From positions 25,265 through 89,264 of IMG/VR virus record IMGVR_UViG_3300033149_002311: a DNA stretch of 64,000 nt; one strand, given 5' to 3'. Below, in pieces: positions 17,202-25,701 of this stretch. The notes beneath the pieces were generated by a model that was given only the letters and a program-made list of their open reading frames with translations, ran no database searches and was not told where the DNA came from. Position numbers and translations under genes: made by a program. The DNA is from a virus. Position 1 is the stretch's first letter; each line of letters opens with the position of its first letter.

Positions 17202-17452
17202 TGAAAGCAGCTAATTTAAAACAGAATATTAATGGTGGTGTATTTAGTGACTTAAAAAGTATTCTAAATACTTATAACCTTGAAAGTGTGGCAGAATTGG
17301 CTGGCTGTGCACATGGCACATTATATAATTGGATGACTGGGAGGACCAAATCACCACGACTGTGTACAATTATTAAAGTGGCTAAGGCCGTGGGTTGCGA
17401 ATTGAAATTAACCCAATTAAGTAGAACCCCGACCCTGAGGATAGTGAAATGA
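17201..17452 (+). CDS. XRE-family HTH regulator
   Basis: LESVAELAGCAHGTLYNW..G.TKSP.L.TI.KVA.A.G. Confidence 0.75.
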   Translation: MKAANLKQNINGGVFSDLKSILNTYNLESVAELAGCAHGTLYNWMTGRTKSPRLCTIIKVAKAVGCELKLTQLSRTPTLRIVK

Positions 17453-17706
17453 AAACGATCCATGAATACCCACTATCCCCTGGATTTAATTCCGTCATAT
17501 TACCAGCTGGTGCAAAAATATTAACAGTGCATGAACAACACGGCGGCATTAACGTGTGGGCTGAGATTGATACAGACAGGGAATTAACAAGTATAATTTT
17601 CAATGTCTATGGTACCGGGCATGAAATCAATGTTGAAAATTCAAAATATATCGGTACCATATTTATGGATAATGGTTACAAAGTGTGGCATGTCTACAAA
17701 GGTTAA
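17449..17706 (+). CDS. conserved phage hypothetical protein
   Basis: LP.GAKIL.V..Q......WA...GTGH...YIGT...VWHV pattern. Confidence 0.65.
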   Translation: MKTIHEYPLSPGFNSVILPAGAKILTVHEQHGGINVWAEIDTDRELTSIIFNVYGTGHEINVENSKYIGTIFMDNGYKVWHVYKG

Positions 17707-17722
17707 CAAAGGAGAAAGACAC

Positions 17723-18046
17723 ATGAACTGGGAAAAAGTAGAAGATAATATAACTAGCGGCCCAATGGGTCTTTTTAAATGGGTAGCAATACTTGCGGTA
17801 TTGATGGGTATTTTATTTGGTGGAATTAGTTTTATTATGAAACCGGCAAGCATGGCCATTGATCGTGTAGTGATGAAGCATAGCTTTCAATATCGTGAAG
17901 GGATGGAACAGCGAGGCGCAATTCTTGAGGCAAGCATTATAGAGATTGATATTGCCTTGCAAAGTAATCCAGAAAATCGCCAAGATTTAATCAATCAAAA
18001 GCGTATTTTAACCGCTCAGTTACGAGCAATCACTATAAATAAATAA
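17723..18046 (+). CDS. membrane-anchored protein
   Basis: AGGAG SD; N-terminal TM helix. Confidence 0.6.
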   Translation: MNWEKVEDNITSGPMGLFKWVAILAVLMGILFGGISFIMKPASMAIDRVVMKHSFQYREGMEQRGAILEASIIEIDIALQSNPENRQDLINQKRILTAQLRAITINK

Positions 18047-18056
18047 AGGGGAAGTT

Positions 18057-18611
18057 ATGAAAAAGTTAATTATCTTTATGGCTATTATATTGGCTCTTGT
18101 TGGGTGTAATGCTAATGATTCTCAAAGCACGAAGATTGCTCAATCTGTAGAGCGGCAACAGTCACAATATGCTACTGGGCAGCCAGTGCCAGCATATGAC
18201 TGGAGTTTAGAGCGTGACTTGGTTATCCAGTTATATAATATTCGCAATATGAAAGCACTAACACATTCTGTTTGGCGTAGCGATCGCGGCTTAGTCGAGG
18301 GCGATTGCGCAAGCATCGGGTTTGGCATCCCTTATGACACCAGCTTAACAAATCCACTTGTTGCTACCGACGAAGATCAAAATGGATATAGCAACAACGC
18401 ACTAACATCAATCGAACAGCCGGAGCCTAATGGCATATTTGCCAGTAAAAATACCTCAGCAACATGGGTAATGTGCGCCGGTGACACTGGAATGATTGAA
18501 CCGGTTTATATCGAAACGAAGGTAACTGTTTATCCATATTCGGTAAAAGTTGATTATGCTAATAACCGAGTCACTAAATCTGGAAAAGCCAGTGTTACTC
18601 TAAAAAGATAA
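18057..18611 (+). CDS. lipoprotein
   Basis: Signal peptide with LVGC lipobox. Confidence 0.75.
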   Translation: MKKLIIFMAIILALVGCNANDSQSTKIAQSVERQQSQYATGQPVPAYDWSLERDLVIQLYNIRNMKALTHSVWRSDRGLVEGDCASIGFGIPYDTSLTNPLVATDEDQNGYSNNALTSIEQPEPNGIFASKNTSATWVMCAGDTGMIEPVYIETKVTVYPYSVKVDYANNRVTKSGKASVTLKR

Positions 18612-18616
18612 TCCAT

Positions 18617-18673
18617 ATGAAAAAATTTATAAACGGAACTAGGAGTGATCGGCCCGTAGGAGGTGTAATATGA
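18617..18673 (+). CDS. 18-aa leader ORF coupled to the helicase start
   Basis: MKKFINGTRSDRPVGGVI*; its TGA overlaps the helicase ATG (ATGA). Confidence 0.4.
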   Translation: MKKFINGTRSDRPVGGVI

Positions 18674-18695
18674 AAGCTTACGCCATCTACGGGCC
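18651..18695 (+). promoter_or_regulatory. mRNA hairpin sequestering the helicase SD
   Basis: GGCCCGUAGG-A-GGUGUAA pairs with UUACGCC-A-UCUACGGGCC; GGAGG in the stem, AUG in the loop. Confidence 0.7.
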
Positions 18696-20085
18696 ACCGT
18701 GACCGGGTACCGGGAAAACTACTGAATTAATTAGAATTCAGAGGGATATCATAAAACAGGGTCGAAACCCGAAGCATATAGCTTTTTTATCACATACCAA
18801 AACGGCTGCTGCAGAAATAGTTGGTAGAGCCCCAGAAGGTGAGAGGGCGGGTCATGCATCTACAATACATAGTATGGTATATAGATTATGTGGTATCAGC
18901 AATGGCCAAGTAATTGACATCGATAAATTAAAGGAATTCAGTAAGTTGGTTCACGTTCCTATTGTAGGCCGAGGACCAGAGGTAGAAGAGGTTGAAATTG
19001 GTGACGAATTTTTAGCAATTTATGATCTTTCTAGGGCTAAAATCGAGAGTCCGGAAGTAACATATGCAAATTCCCATAGGCCGGGGTCATTCGCTTTATT
19101 TACTAAATTCCACACAGCATATGAGGAATGGAAAAAGACGTACGGATATGTCGATTTTACCGACATGCTTCAAAAGTATATAGATAAGCCGATCAATCAC
19201 AATATTGCTATTTTCATAATTGATGAGGCTCAAGACTTGTCACCCCTGCAATGGAAAGTTATCGATGAAATGGCCAAATGGGCCTATCATATTATTATTT
19301 CAGGTGATGATGACCAAGCGGTATTCTATTGGGGTGGTGCCGATCCACAAGGGATGGTTAAATTTGAAAAGAAATATAAGGCCAAGCGGAAAATACTGGC
19401 GCAATCATGGCGCATACCGTTAGTGGTCCATAATTTGGCAAATAAAATAATTAATCCCATTAAAAATCGTGTTGAAAAAGAATACAAACCACGTGATGAA
19501 GAGGGTAAATTATTTAGACATTCTACATTTATGACGGTTCCGTTGGAAGGTAACATTCTAATTTTATTTAGAAATCACTCCATTAGAAAGGATATGGAAG
19601 AAATCATTATCGACCACGCACTCCCATATAAAGTTAGATCAGGCATGCCGGGGTTGCTTCAAAATCGATATGCCAATGCTATACGAAAATGGAAAAAATT
19701 GATGGATGAAGGGTCATTAACTGATAAAGATGCCTCAGCAATAAGGAGGTGTGCCTACCCACACACTGCTCAATATTTAGCTGATAAAAATTTTACTAAA
19801 TTATCAACGATGACATGGCAAAAAGCACTAAAGATACCGCATTGGATGTTAGACTATTACAATAAGATTGATTTTGATATAGAGCCGAAAATTGAATTAT
19901 CAAGTATACACGGTGCTAAGGGCCATGAATCAGACGTGGTGGTGGTGAATACAGGTATGACACAACGAACCGTGGAATCAGCAGTAAAAGACCCGGATTC
20001 TGAAGCTAGGGTCTGGTATGTAGCGGTGACTAGAGCTAAACACGAATTACATATTGTAGAAGGGGAGAGTGGGTATTTATTATGA
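18670..20085 (+). CDS. UvrD/Rep-like SF1 helicase with an in-frame TGA (18700-18702) inside Walker A
   Basis: GGAGG SD, MKAYAIYGPP*PGTGKTT in frame with track ORF 18874..20085 (STIHS, IDEAQD, GDDDQA, QSWR, SSIHGAKGHE, YVAVTRAK). Confidence 0.85.
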
Positions 20086-20975
20086 AACAATATCTTGAAT
20101 TATGTAAAAAAACGATGGAAAATGGTATTAGAAAAACTAATCGTACCGGTATTGACCACATTGGTTACACTGGTGATATGATGAAATTCGATCTATCTAA
20201 AGGATTCCCGGCGGTAACCACCAAGAAGCTGGCCTTCAAATCTGTAGTGGCCGAAATGCTGGGATTCTTGCGCGGGTACGATAATGCTGCTGACTTTCGA
20301 GCCCTTGGTTGCAAGGTATGGGATATGAATGCCAACGAAAATCAGCAGTGGTTAAACAATGAAAACCGAAAAGGTGAGGACGATCTTGGCCGTATTTATG
20401 GCGTACAGGGCAGACGATATAAGAAAATTAATGTTTTCAAGGACACTAAAGTATTTCCATCGGGTGGCGTGACTACTGTCGAGACTCAGGAAATTGATCA
20501 GTTGCGTATGGTGTATGACGACCTACGGCAAGGTATCGACAACCGTCGCGAAATTGTTACCCACTGGAATCCGGGAGAAATGGATATGATGGCCCTACCT
20601 CCTTGCCACATGTTCTACCAGTTCGGCATTCATGGTGACAAGCTTAACCTGTCCATGTATCAGCGTAGCTGTGATGTACCCCTTGGCATACCCTTCAACA
20701 TTGCCGGTTATACGTGGCTGTTGAGCGTGATGGCGCGGATCACTGGACATGTTCCGGGTGAATTTACTCACTTCATGCACGACATTCACATCTATGAAAA
20801 CCAGATGGATGATATGCATATTCAGATTGCGCGCGAGCCGTTCAGATTGCCACGGATGCATATGAACCCCAATATCAAGACGTTGGAGGATTTAGAGACG
20901 TGGACCACACCCGATGATTTTCGTTTATTGAATTACCAGCATCATGAGCATATTAAGTATGCATTTGCAGTATAA
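20082..20975 (+). CDS. thyA: thymidylate synthase
   Basis: RTG, TTKK, GRIYG, LPPCH, YQRSCD..LG.PFN, HIYENQ. Confidence 0.95.
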   Translation: MKQYLELCKKTMENGIRKTNRTGIDHIGYTGDMMKFDLSKGFPAVTTKKLAFKSVVAEMLGFLRGYDNAADFRALGCKVWDMNANENQQWLNNENRKGEDDLGRIYGVQGRRYKKINVFKDTKVFPSGGVTTVETQEIDQLRMVYDDLRQGIDNRREIVTHWNPGEMDMMALPPCHMFYQFGIHGDKLNLSMYQRSCDVPLGIPFNIAGYTWLLSVMARITGHVPGEFTHFMHDIHIYENQMDDMHIQIAREPFRLPRMHMNPNIKTLEDLETWTTPDDFRLLNYQHHEHIKYAFAV

Positions 20976-21239
20976 ATGGTGGAACAATCAAAACTAGAAT
21001 CGAAAATTGAATCAAGTGTAAATATTGCGAGTGGATTTTTAATTTCATTAGCAGTTTGGGCATTGATCATTAGACCTTTGATTAGGTATGGATATTTAAC
21101 GATTGATGATAAAGTAATTATTGTTTCAATCTTTACTGTCACGTCATGGTTGCGCTCATATTTTTGGAGAAGATTTTTTGCTAGAGGATTTCACAAAGTA
21201 ATACATAAATTTTTAAAAAAGTGGGTGAGGTTAAATTGA
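20976..21239 (+). CDS. small membrane protein
   Basis: QSK.ES.IE...N...G and two TM helices, R.Y..RR.F. Confidence 0.65.
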   Translation: MVEQSKLESKIESSVNIASGFLISLAVWALIIRPLIRYGYLTIDDKVIIVSIFTVTSWLRSYFWRRFFARGFHKVIHKFLKKWVRLN

Positions 21240-21490
21240 TAACACTGATCATCACAATTTTGATAATTATTGCAATATTTTTTGCCCAACGATTAGACCC
21301 TTTTATAGCTGGCTTAATGGCCGTTGTACCAATAAAAATAATAGCTACTGCCTTATTTACCTCTAAGCATGGGGGAGAAGAACATTTAGTAATAGCTATA
21401 AAAGGGATGTTGATTGGTCAGTTTGTTTGGGGTTTTATTTTACTTATAACATATATATATATAATTAATAATCTATTAGGAGGGAAATAA
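21221..21490 (+). CDS. membrane protein
   Basis: Highly hydrophobic 89 aa. Confidence 0.5.
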   Translation: MGEVKLITLIITILIIIAIFFAQRLDPFIAGLMAVVPIKIIATALFTSKHGGEEHLVIAIKGMLIGQFVWGFILLITYIYIINNLLGGK

Positions 21491-21491
21491 A

Positions 21492-21758
21492 ATGGGATAT
21501 GATAATACAAATTCTGGATCATTATTCAAGAATGACAAGCGGGAAAAAGAAACACACCCAACACACACAGGCACTATCGATATTGAAGGTAAAGAATATT
21601 GGCTTTCTGCTTGGGTAATGGAAGTAAAAAACAAGGATAGTAAAATATTCGGGCAGAAATTCTTTTCACTGAGGGTTAAGCCAAAAGAAGCTGGTGGCGG
21701 CACACCCAGTAGCCCAATAAATAATGATTTCGACCCATCGGAAGATATACCATTTTAA
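21492..21758 (+). CDS. small SSB-like protein
   Basis: GSLFKN...P...G.I.I.G.EYWLSAW and SSB-type acidic tail ending EDIPF. Confidence 0.7.
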   Translation: MGYDNTNSGSLFKNDKREKETHPTHTGTIDIEGKEYWLSAWVMEVKNKDSKIFGQKFFSLRVKPKEAGGGTPSSPINNDFDPSEDIPF

Positions 21759-21784
21759 TATTTAGAATGTAAGGAGTTAGAGAA

Positions 21785-22122
21785 ATGGATATAGAAGATA
21801 TCGCAAAAGTAGCTCATGAAGTTAATCGCGCTTATTGTATCTCAATCGGTGATAATAGTCAACAATCTTGGGAATGTTCACCGGAATGGCAGAAAAAAGT
21901 GCTATAAATGGTGTAGAATTTCATTTAAAGAACCCAGATGCCACACCAGAAGGTAGCCATAATAGTTGGCTGGAAGAAAAAATTAAGGATGGGTGGGTGC
22001 ATGGTGAGGTAAAAGATCCCAATGCTAAAACACACCCGTGTATTAGGATATATGATAAACTACCCCAGGAACAACGGTCCAAGGATTATATATTTTCTTG
22101 CATAGTTAAGGAACTAAAATAA
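21785..22122 (+). CDS. RyR-domain-like protein with a -1 frame disruption at the A6 run 21893-21898
   Basis: AAGGAG SD; MDIEDIAKVAHEVNRAYC...WQKK continues in the -1 frame as SAINGV...SHNSW...GWVHG...KTHPC...YD.LP. Confidence 0.6.
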
Positions 22123-22805
22123 TGAATTTAAACGAAGATATTGTCATTATCGATACCGAGACTACTGGCGTTGACAGTGAAAAAGATAAAGTAATTGAAA
22201 TCGCCGCTATTCGGGTATCATCCGACTGGGAAATTATTGATACTTTTGAACAATTAATAAACCCCGAAATGGACATCCCACCAGAAGCAAGTGCGGTGCA
22301 CCATTTAACTGCGCGTGATGTGGTCGGTAAGCCAACGATGTCCGATGTATACCGAGACTTAGTGATATTCATCGGAAGCACTACTTTAGTAGCTCATAAT
22401 GCTGAATTTGATTCAGGAATGTTACCTAAATTAGATAATGATTGGTTGTGTACGTTGCGACTATCCCGACATTTATGGCCAGAGCAATCACATAAGATGC
22501 AATCACTCCGATATTGGTTAGGTTTAATTGATATTGATCTAAAAGGTTTAGCACCGCATCGAGCGCTTGCTGACATCTTAGTTACCTTAGAAGTGTTTAA
22601 AATGATGGTTAAAAGTTGTGATGGTAAAACAGTTGGCGAAATGATCGAGTTTGCCAACAGTCCGATCGATGTTAAAATTATGCCATTTGGTAAACATCGC
22701 GGTGAGCCGTTAGTTGCTGTGCCACAGGGTTATAAATCATGGGCTTTAAAGAATATTGGTGATATGGACCCCGATTTAAGGACATCAATAGAGAAATCAA
22801 TGTAG
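22122..22805 (+). CDS. DEDDh 3'-5' exonuclease (DnaQ/ExoX-like)
   Basis: IDTETTG, VAHNAEFD, HRALAD; C-terminal MPFGKHRG. Confidence 0.9.
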   Translation: MNLNEDIVIIDTETTGVDSEKDKVIEIAAIRVSSDWEIIDTFEQLINPEMDIPPEASAVHHLTARDVVGKPTMSDVYRDLVIFIGSTTLVAHNAEFDSGMLPKLDNDWLCTLRLSRHLWPEQSHKMQSLRYWLGLIDIDLKGLAPHRALADILVTLEVFKMMVKSCDGKTVGEMIEFANSPIDVKIMPFGKHRGEPLVAVPQGYKSWALKNIGDMDPDLRTSIEKSM

Positions 22806-22821
22806 AAACTTAAAGACTATA

Positions 22822-22850
22822 TTGACTAGATAGTGGGCATGTGATATAAT
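22822..22850 (+). promoter_or_regulatory. sigma70-type promoter for the polymerase/Z cluster
   Basis: TTGACT-17 bp-TATAAT with TGn. Confidence 0.7.
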
Positions 22851-22859
22851 GGGGATACA

Positions 22860-24692
22860 ATGAATTTTCCTAATTTAAGTAATTATCCTTGTATCTCTCT
22901 GGACACAGAGACAACTGGATTAAAATTTTGGGTAGATAAAGTGTTCGGTATATCAATATCAACACCTGATGGTAAAGATTATTATTGGGATATAAGACAG
23001 ACACCGAAAGTTATACCGTGGTTAAATAATGAATTAAAAAGAGTAAAATTAATAATATTCGCTAATGCTAAATTTGATATGCACATGCTCCGGGAAATTG
23101 GGGTCCATGTGCCGGAAGATAAAGTTGATGATGTTATAATCAGAGCAGCTTTAATTGATGAGCATTTATTGGCATATAATCTGGATTATCTCGGTAAAAA
23201 GTATCTTGGTGTGGGTAAAACCGAAGAAATATGGGATGATCTAGCTAGGATGTTTGGTGGTAGGGCCACCCGGAACGTGCAAGCAGAAAATTTGCAACGA
23301 GCACCGGTAGAATTAGTAAGTAAATATGCCAAACAAGACACGCGTGTGACATTAGATCTATGGGTATACCAACAACCGATCATTGAAGAACAAGAATTAG
23401 TAAAAGTTCATAAATTAGAGTGTGATTTAATACCGGCACTCCTTGATATGGAATACCGAGGAGTTAGAATTAACGTTGATAAAGTTGAGCAGACAATCGA
23501 TGAAGTTACTATATTGATTGATGACCAACAGAAAGATTTAAACAAGACGGCTGGGTTTATGGTTAATCCCAACCCCAGTGGTAGCATTCACAAATTATTT
23601 GAACCAAAACAAGATAGTGAGGGCACTTGGATAGCTAATGATGGAACTAGGTTAGTAAAAACCGGAGCAGGGAAAGCGTCAATTAATGCCGACGCGTTGA
23701 GAGCAATGAAACACCCCGCCGCCTCTAAGATTTTATCGTTACGTAAATTGCTTAAGACCCGAGACACATTCCTTAAGGGCCATATTTTAGGCCATCATCA
23801 CAATGGCATCATTCATTGTAATTACAATCAGACAAAAAGCGATAATGACCTAGGAACAGGAACAGGCCGTTTAAGTGTAAATAGCCCAGCTCTCCAGCAA
23901 ATTCATAAAAGAGACAAAGCAATTGCCAGTATTGTCCGGGCTCTGTTTTTGCCGGATGAAGGACAGCAATGGAATTGTCGCGATTGGTCACAGATGGATT
24001 TTCGGGTTGCCGGTCATTATGTTAACGCCGAAGCATTGAATATAGCGTATGCTAATGATCCCGATGCCGATTTTCACCAAATGATTGCTGATATGACTGG
24101 TATACCCAGATCACCAGAGGGAGGTAATCCTCTAAACGCCAAGCAAATAAACTTAGGATTACTATTTGGCATGGGCAGCGGTAAACTAGCTGCCGAGATG
24201 GGACTACCATATACCCTTGCATCATTTGAAAAAAATGGTAAAAAGCACACCTATTTAAAGCCCGGACCCGAAGCCATGGAAATATTCGATAATTATCACG
24301 GTAAATTCCCGGAATTTAAGACTATGTTAGGTAAGGCATCTAGTATAGCAAAATCTCGCGGTTATGTAAAAACTATCATGGGCAGGCGTTTAAGATTTCC
24401 CGGTGGAAATTTTACACATAAAGCGGGAGGTGTTATATTTCAAGGATCAGCTGCAGATGCTTTAAAATTGAAAATAATTGAGATATATAATTTTTTAAAA
24501 GGAACTGAGGGTAGATTGCTGCTAAACGTGCATGATGAGATGGACTGTAGTGTACCTAAAGATGATGTAAAATTAGATGCGGGGATTAAAGAGATAATGG
24601 AGACGTTTGATTCTAATTCCCTGATACACTTCAGGGTCCCGATTCGATCTGACAGCGGAATCGGTCCCGACTGGTGGCAAGCTAGCAAATGA
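22860..24692 (+). CDS. dpoZ: family A DNA polymerase, DpoZ-like
   Basis: Exo motifs DTETTG, NAKFD, YA.QD; TGRLS...P.LQQI; motif A DWSQMDFR; motif B AKQINLGLLFGMG; motif C VHDE; no 5'-3' exonuclease; next to purZ. The DpoZ label is inferred from context. Confidence 0.8.
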   Translation: MNFPNLSNYPCISLDTETTGLKFWVDKVFGISISTPDGKDYYWDIRQTPKVIPWLNNELKRVKLIIFANAKFDMHMLREIGVHVPEDKVDDVIIRAALIDEHLLAYNLDYLGKKYLGVGKTEEIWDDLARMFGGRATRNVQAENLQRAPVELVSKYAKQDTRVTLDLWVYQQPIIEEQELVKVHKLECDLIPALLDMEYRGVRINVDKVEQTIDEVTILIDDQQKDLNKTAGFMVNPNPSGSIHKLFEPKQDSEGTWIANDGTRLVKTGAGKASINADALRAMKHPAASKILSLRKLLKTRDTFLKGHILGHHHNGIIHCNYNQTKSDNDLGTGTGRLSVNSPALQQIHKRDKAIASIVRALFLPDEGQQWNCRDWSQMDFRVAGHYVNAEALNIAYANDPDADFHQMIADMTGIPRSPEGGNPLNAKQINLGLLFGMGSGKLAAEMGLPYTLASFEKNGKKHTYLKPGPEAMEIFDNYHGKFPEFKTMLGKASSIAKSRGYVKTIMGRRLRFPGGNFTHKAGGVIFQGSAADALKLKIIEIYNFLKGTEGRLLLNVHDEMDCSVPKDDVKLDAGIKEIMETFDSNSLIHFRVPIRSDSGIGPDWWQASK

Positions 24693-25132
24693 CAACTCGA
24701 TCAGAGGCTAAAGAGGCGGGATCAAAAAGATATCATGGTTGTCCGTGCATCAGGTGTAATAAAACCGAAAAATATACATCTAACGGAGGGTGTATAATTT
24801 GTAAGGCGGCTAGAAGAATAAAATACCACAGCGAGAACAAAGCGAAGGAAAAAATTCGTAGAAGAAAATATTATCAAGCCAATAAAAGAACTGAAATAGC
24901 TAACCGATCGGCATATGGTAGACGTAGAATTGAAAGACAAGCCACACCACCATGGGCCAGTAAGAAGATTATGATAAAATTATATAGAGAGGGACATCTA
25001 TCGGGTATGCATGTTGATCATATCATACCTTTAACTAATAATATGGTGTGTGGTTTACATTGGGAAGAAAACATGCAATTATTAACCCCGGAAGCGAATA
25101 TAGCCAAGGGTAATAAATTTATAGAGGATTAG
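24689..25132 (+). CDS. HNH endonuclease
   Basis: HVDHIIPL....CGLH...N.Q.L....N..K.N. Confidence 0.85.
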   Translation: MTTRSEAKEAGSKRYHGCPCIRCNKTEKYTSNGGCIICKAARRIKYHSENKAKEKIRRRKYYQANKRTEIANRSAYGRRRIERQATPPWASKKIMIKLYREGHLSGMHVDHIIPLTNNMVCGLHWEENMQLLTPEANIAKGNKFIED

Positions 25133-25135
25133 TAA

Positions 25136-25378
25136 ATGAGTCATGAGGATTGGCTGAAAGATAAAGGTGAAATCTATTTGGATTATACTTTCGATGAGAT
25201 TAAGCGAAAATGGAATGGTAGGATTATAGCATATAAAGGCCATGTTATATTATATGAAACTGAAGGACATAATGATGAAGAGTGTGTTAAAGATGCTCTA
25301 AAACTGATATTTGATGAAATCAACGAGGAATTAAGTGATGGCGGAGAAATTGAAAACCTGTCGTGTTTGCAAAGATGA
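25136..25378 (+). CDS. hypothetical protein
   Basis: 80 aa, GAGG SD. Confidence 0.55.
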   Translation: MSHEDWLKDKGEIYLDYTFDEIKRKWNGRIIAYKGHVILYETEGHNDEECVKDALKLIFDEINEELSDGGEIENLSCLQR

Positions 25379-25523
25379 TTTCGAGGTGAAAACTGGATTC
25401 TACCCATCCAGAGCTAAAAGGTATGATTGGATTTGCAAAGGCTGCTCCGGAATTAAACAAAAAGATTGGCGTAAAAATAAAAAGGGGGTTGGTGATGAAA
25501 GTGTGCCCGTTCTGCCAAAGTAA
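25335..25523 (+). CDS. small zinc-finger protein
   Basis: CRVC...FY...CKGC. Confidence 0.55.
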   Translation: MMAEKLKTCRVCKDDFEVKTGFYPSRAKRYDWICKGCSGIKQKDWRKNKKGVGDESVPVLPK

Positions 25524-25701
25524 AGATTTAATAATGCTCAATGTTCCGTTCAGTGAGAAACGTTATGTTAAATGTAATAAATGCGGGGGTAGCGGCCCTA
25601 TAGCACTTGATAAAGCAATGGCTGAGAAAAAGTGGGATTACCGACCAATACCACAGAGAATAGAAATGGGTATACTTAAAGGGGAAAGTGACAATGGATA
25701 A
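25495..25701 (+). CDS. Lar-like (restriction alleviation family) zinc-finger protein
   Basis: CPFC...V.C.KCG..GP......A...W. Confidence 0.6.
   Translation: MKVCPFCQSKDLIMLNVPFSEKRYVKCNKCGGSGPIALDKAMAEKKWDYRPIPQRIEMGILKGESDNG

Noticed and set aside
18700-18702. Genome-wide TGA reassignment or selenocysteine readthrough
   Set aside because: Many genes end in TGA with ATGA overlaps, and readthrough would distort the Walker A motif.
24689-25132. Intron-encoded homing endonuclease splitting the polymerase
   Set aside because: The polymerase ORF is complete through motif C and its C-terminus; the HNH gene is free-standing.
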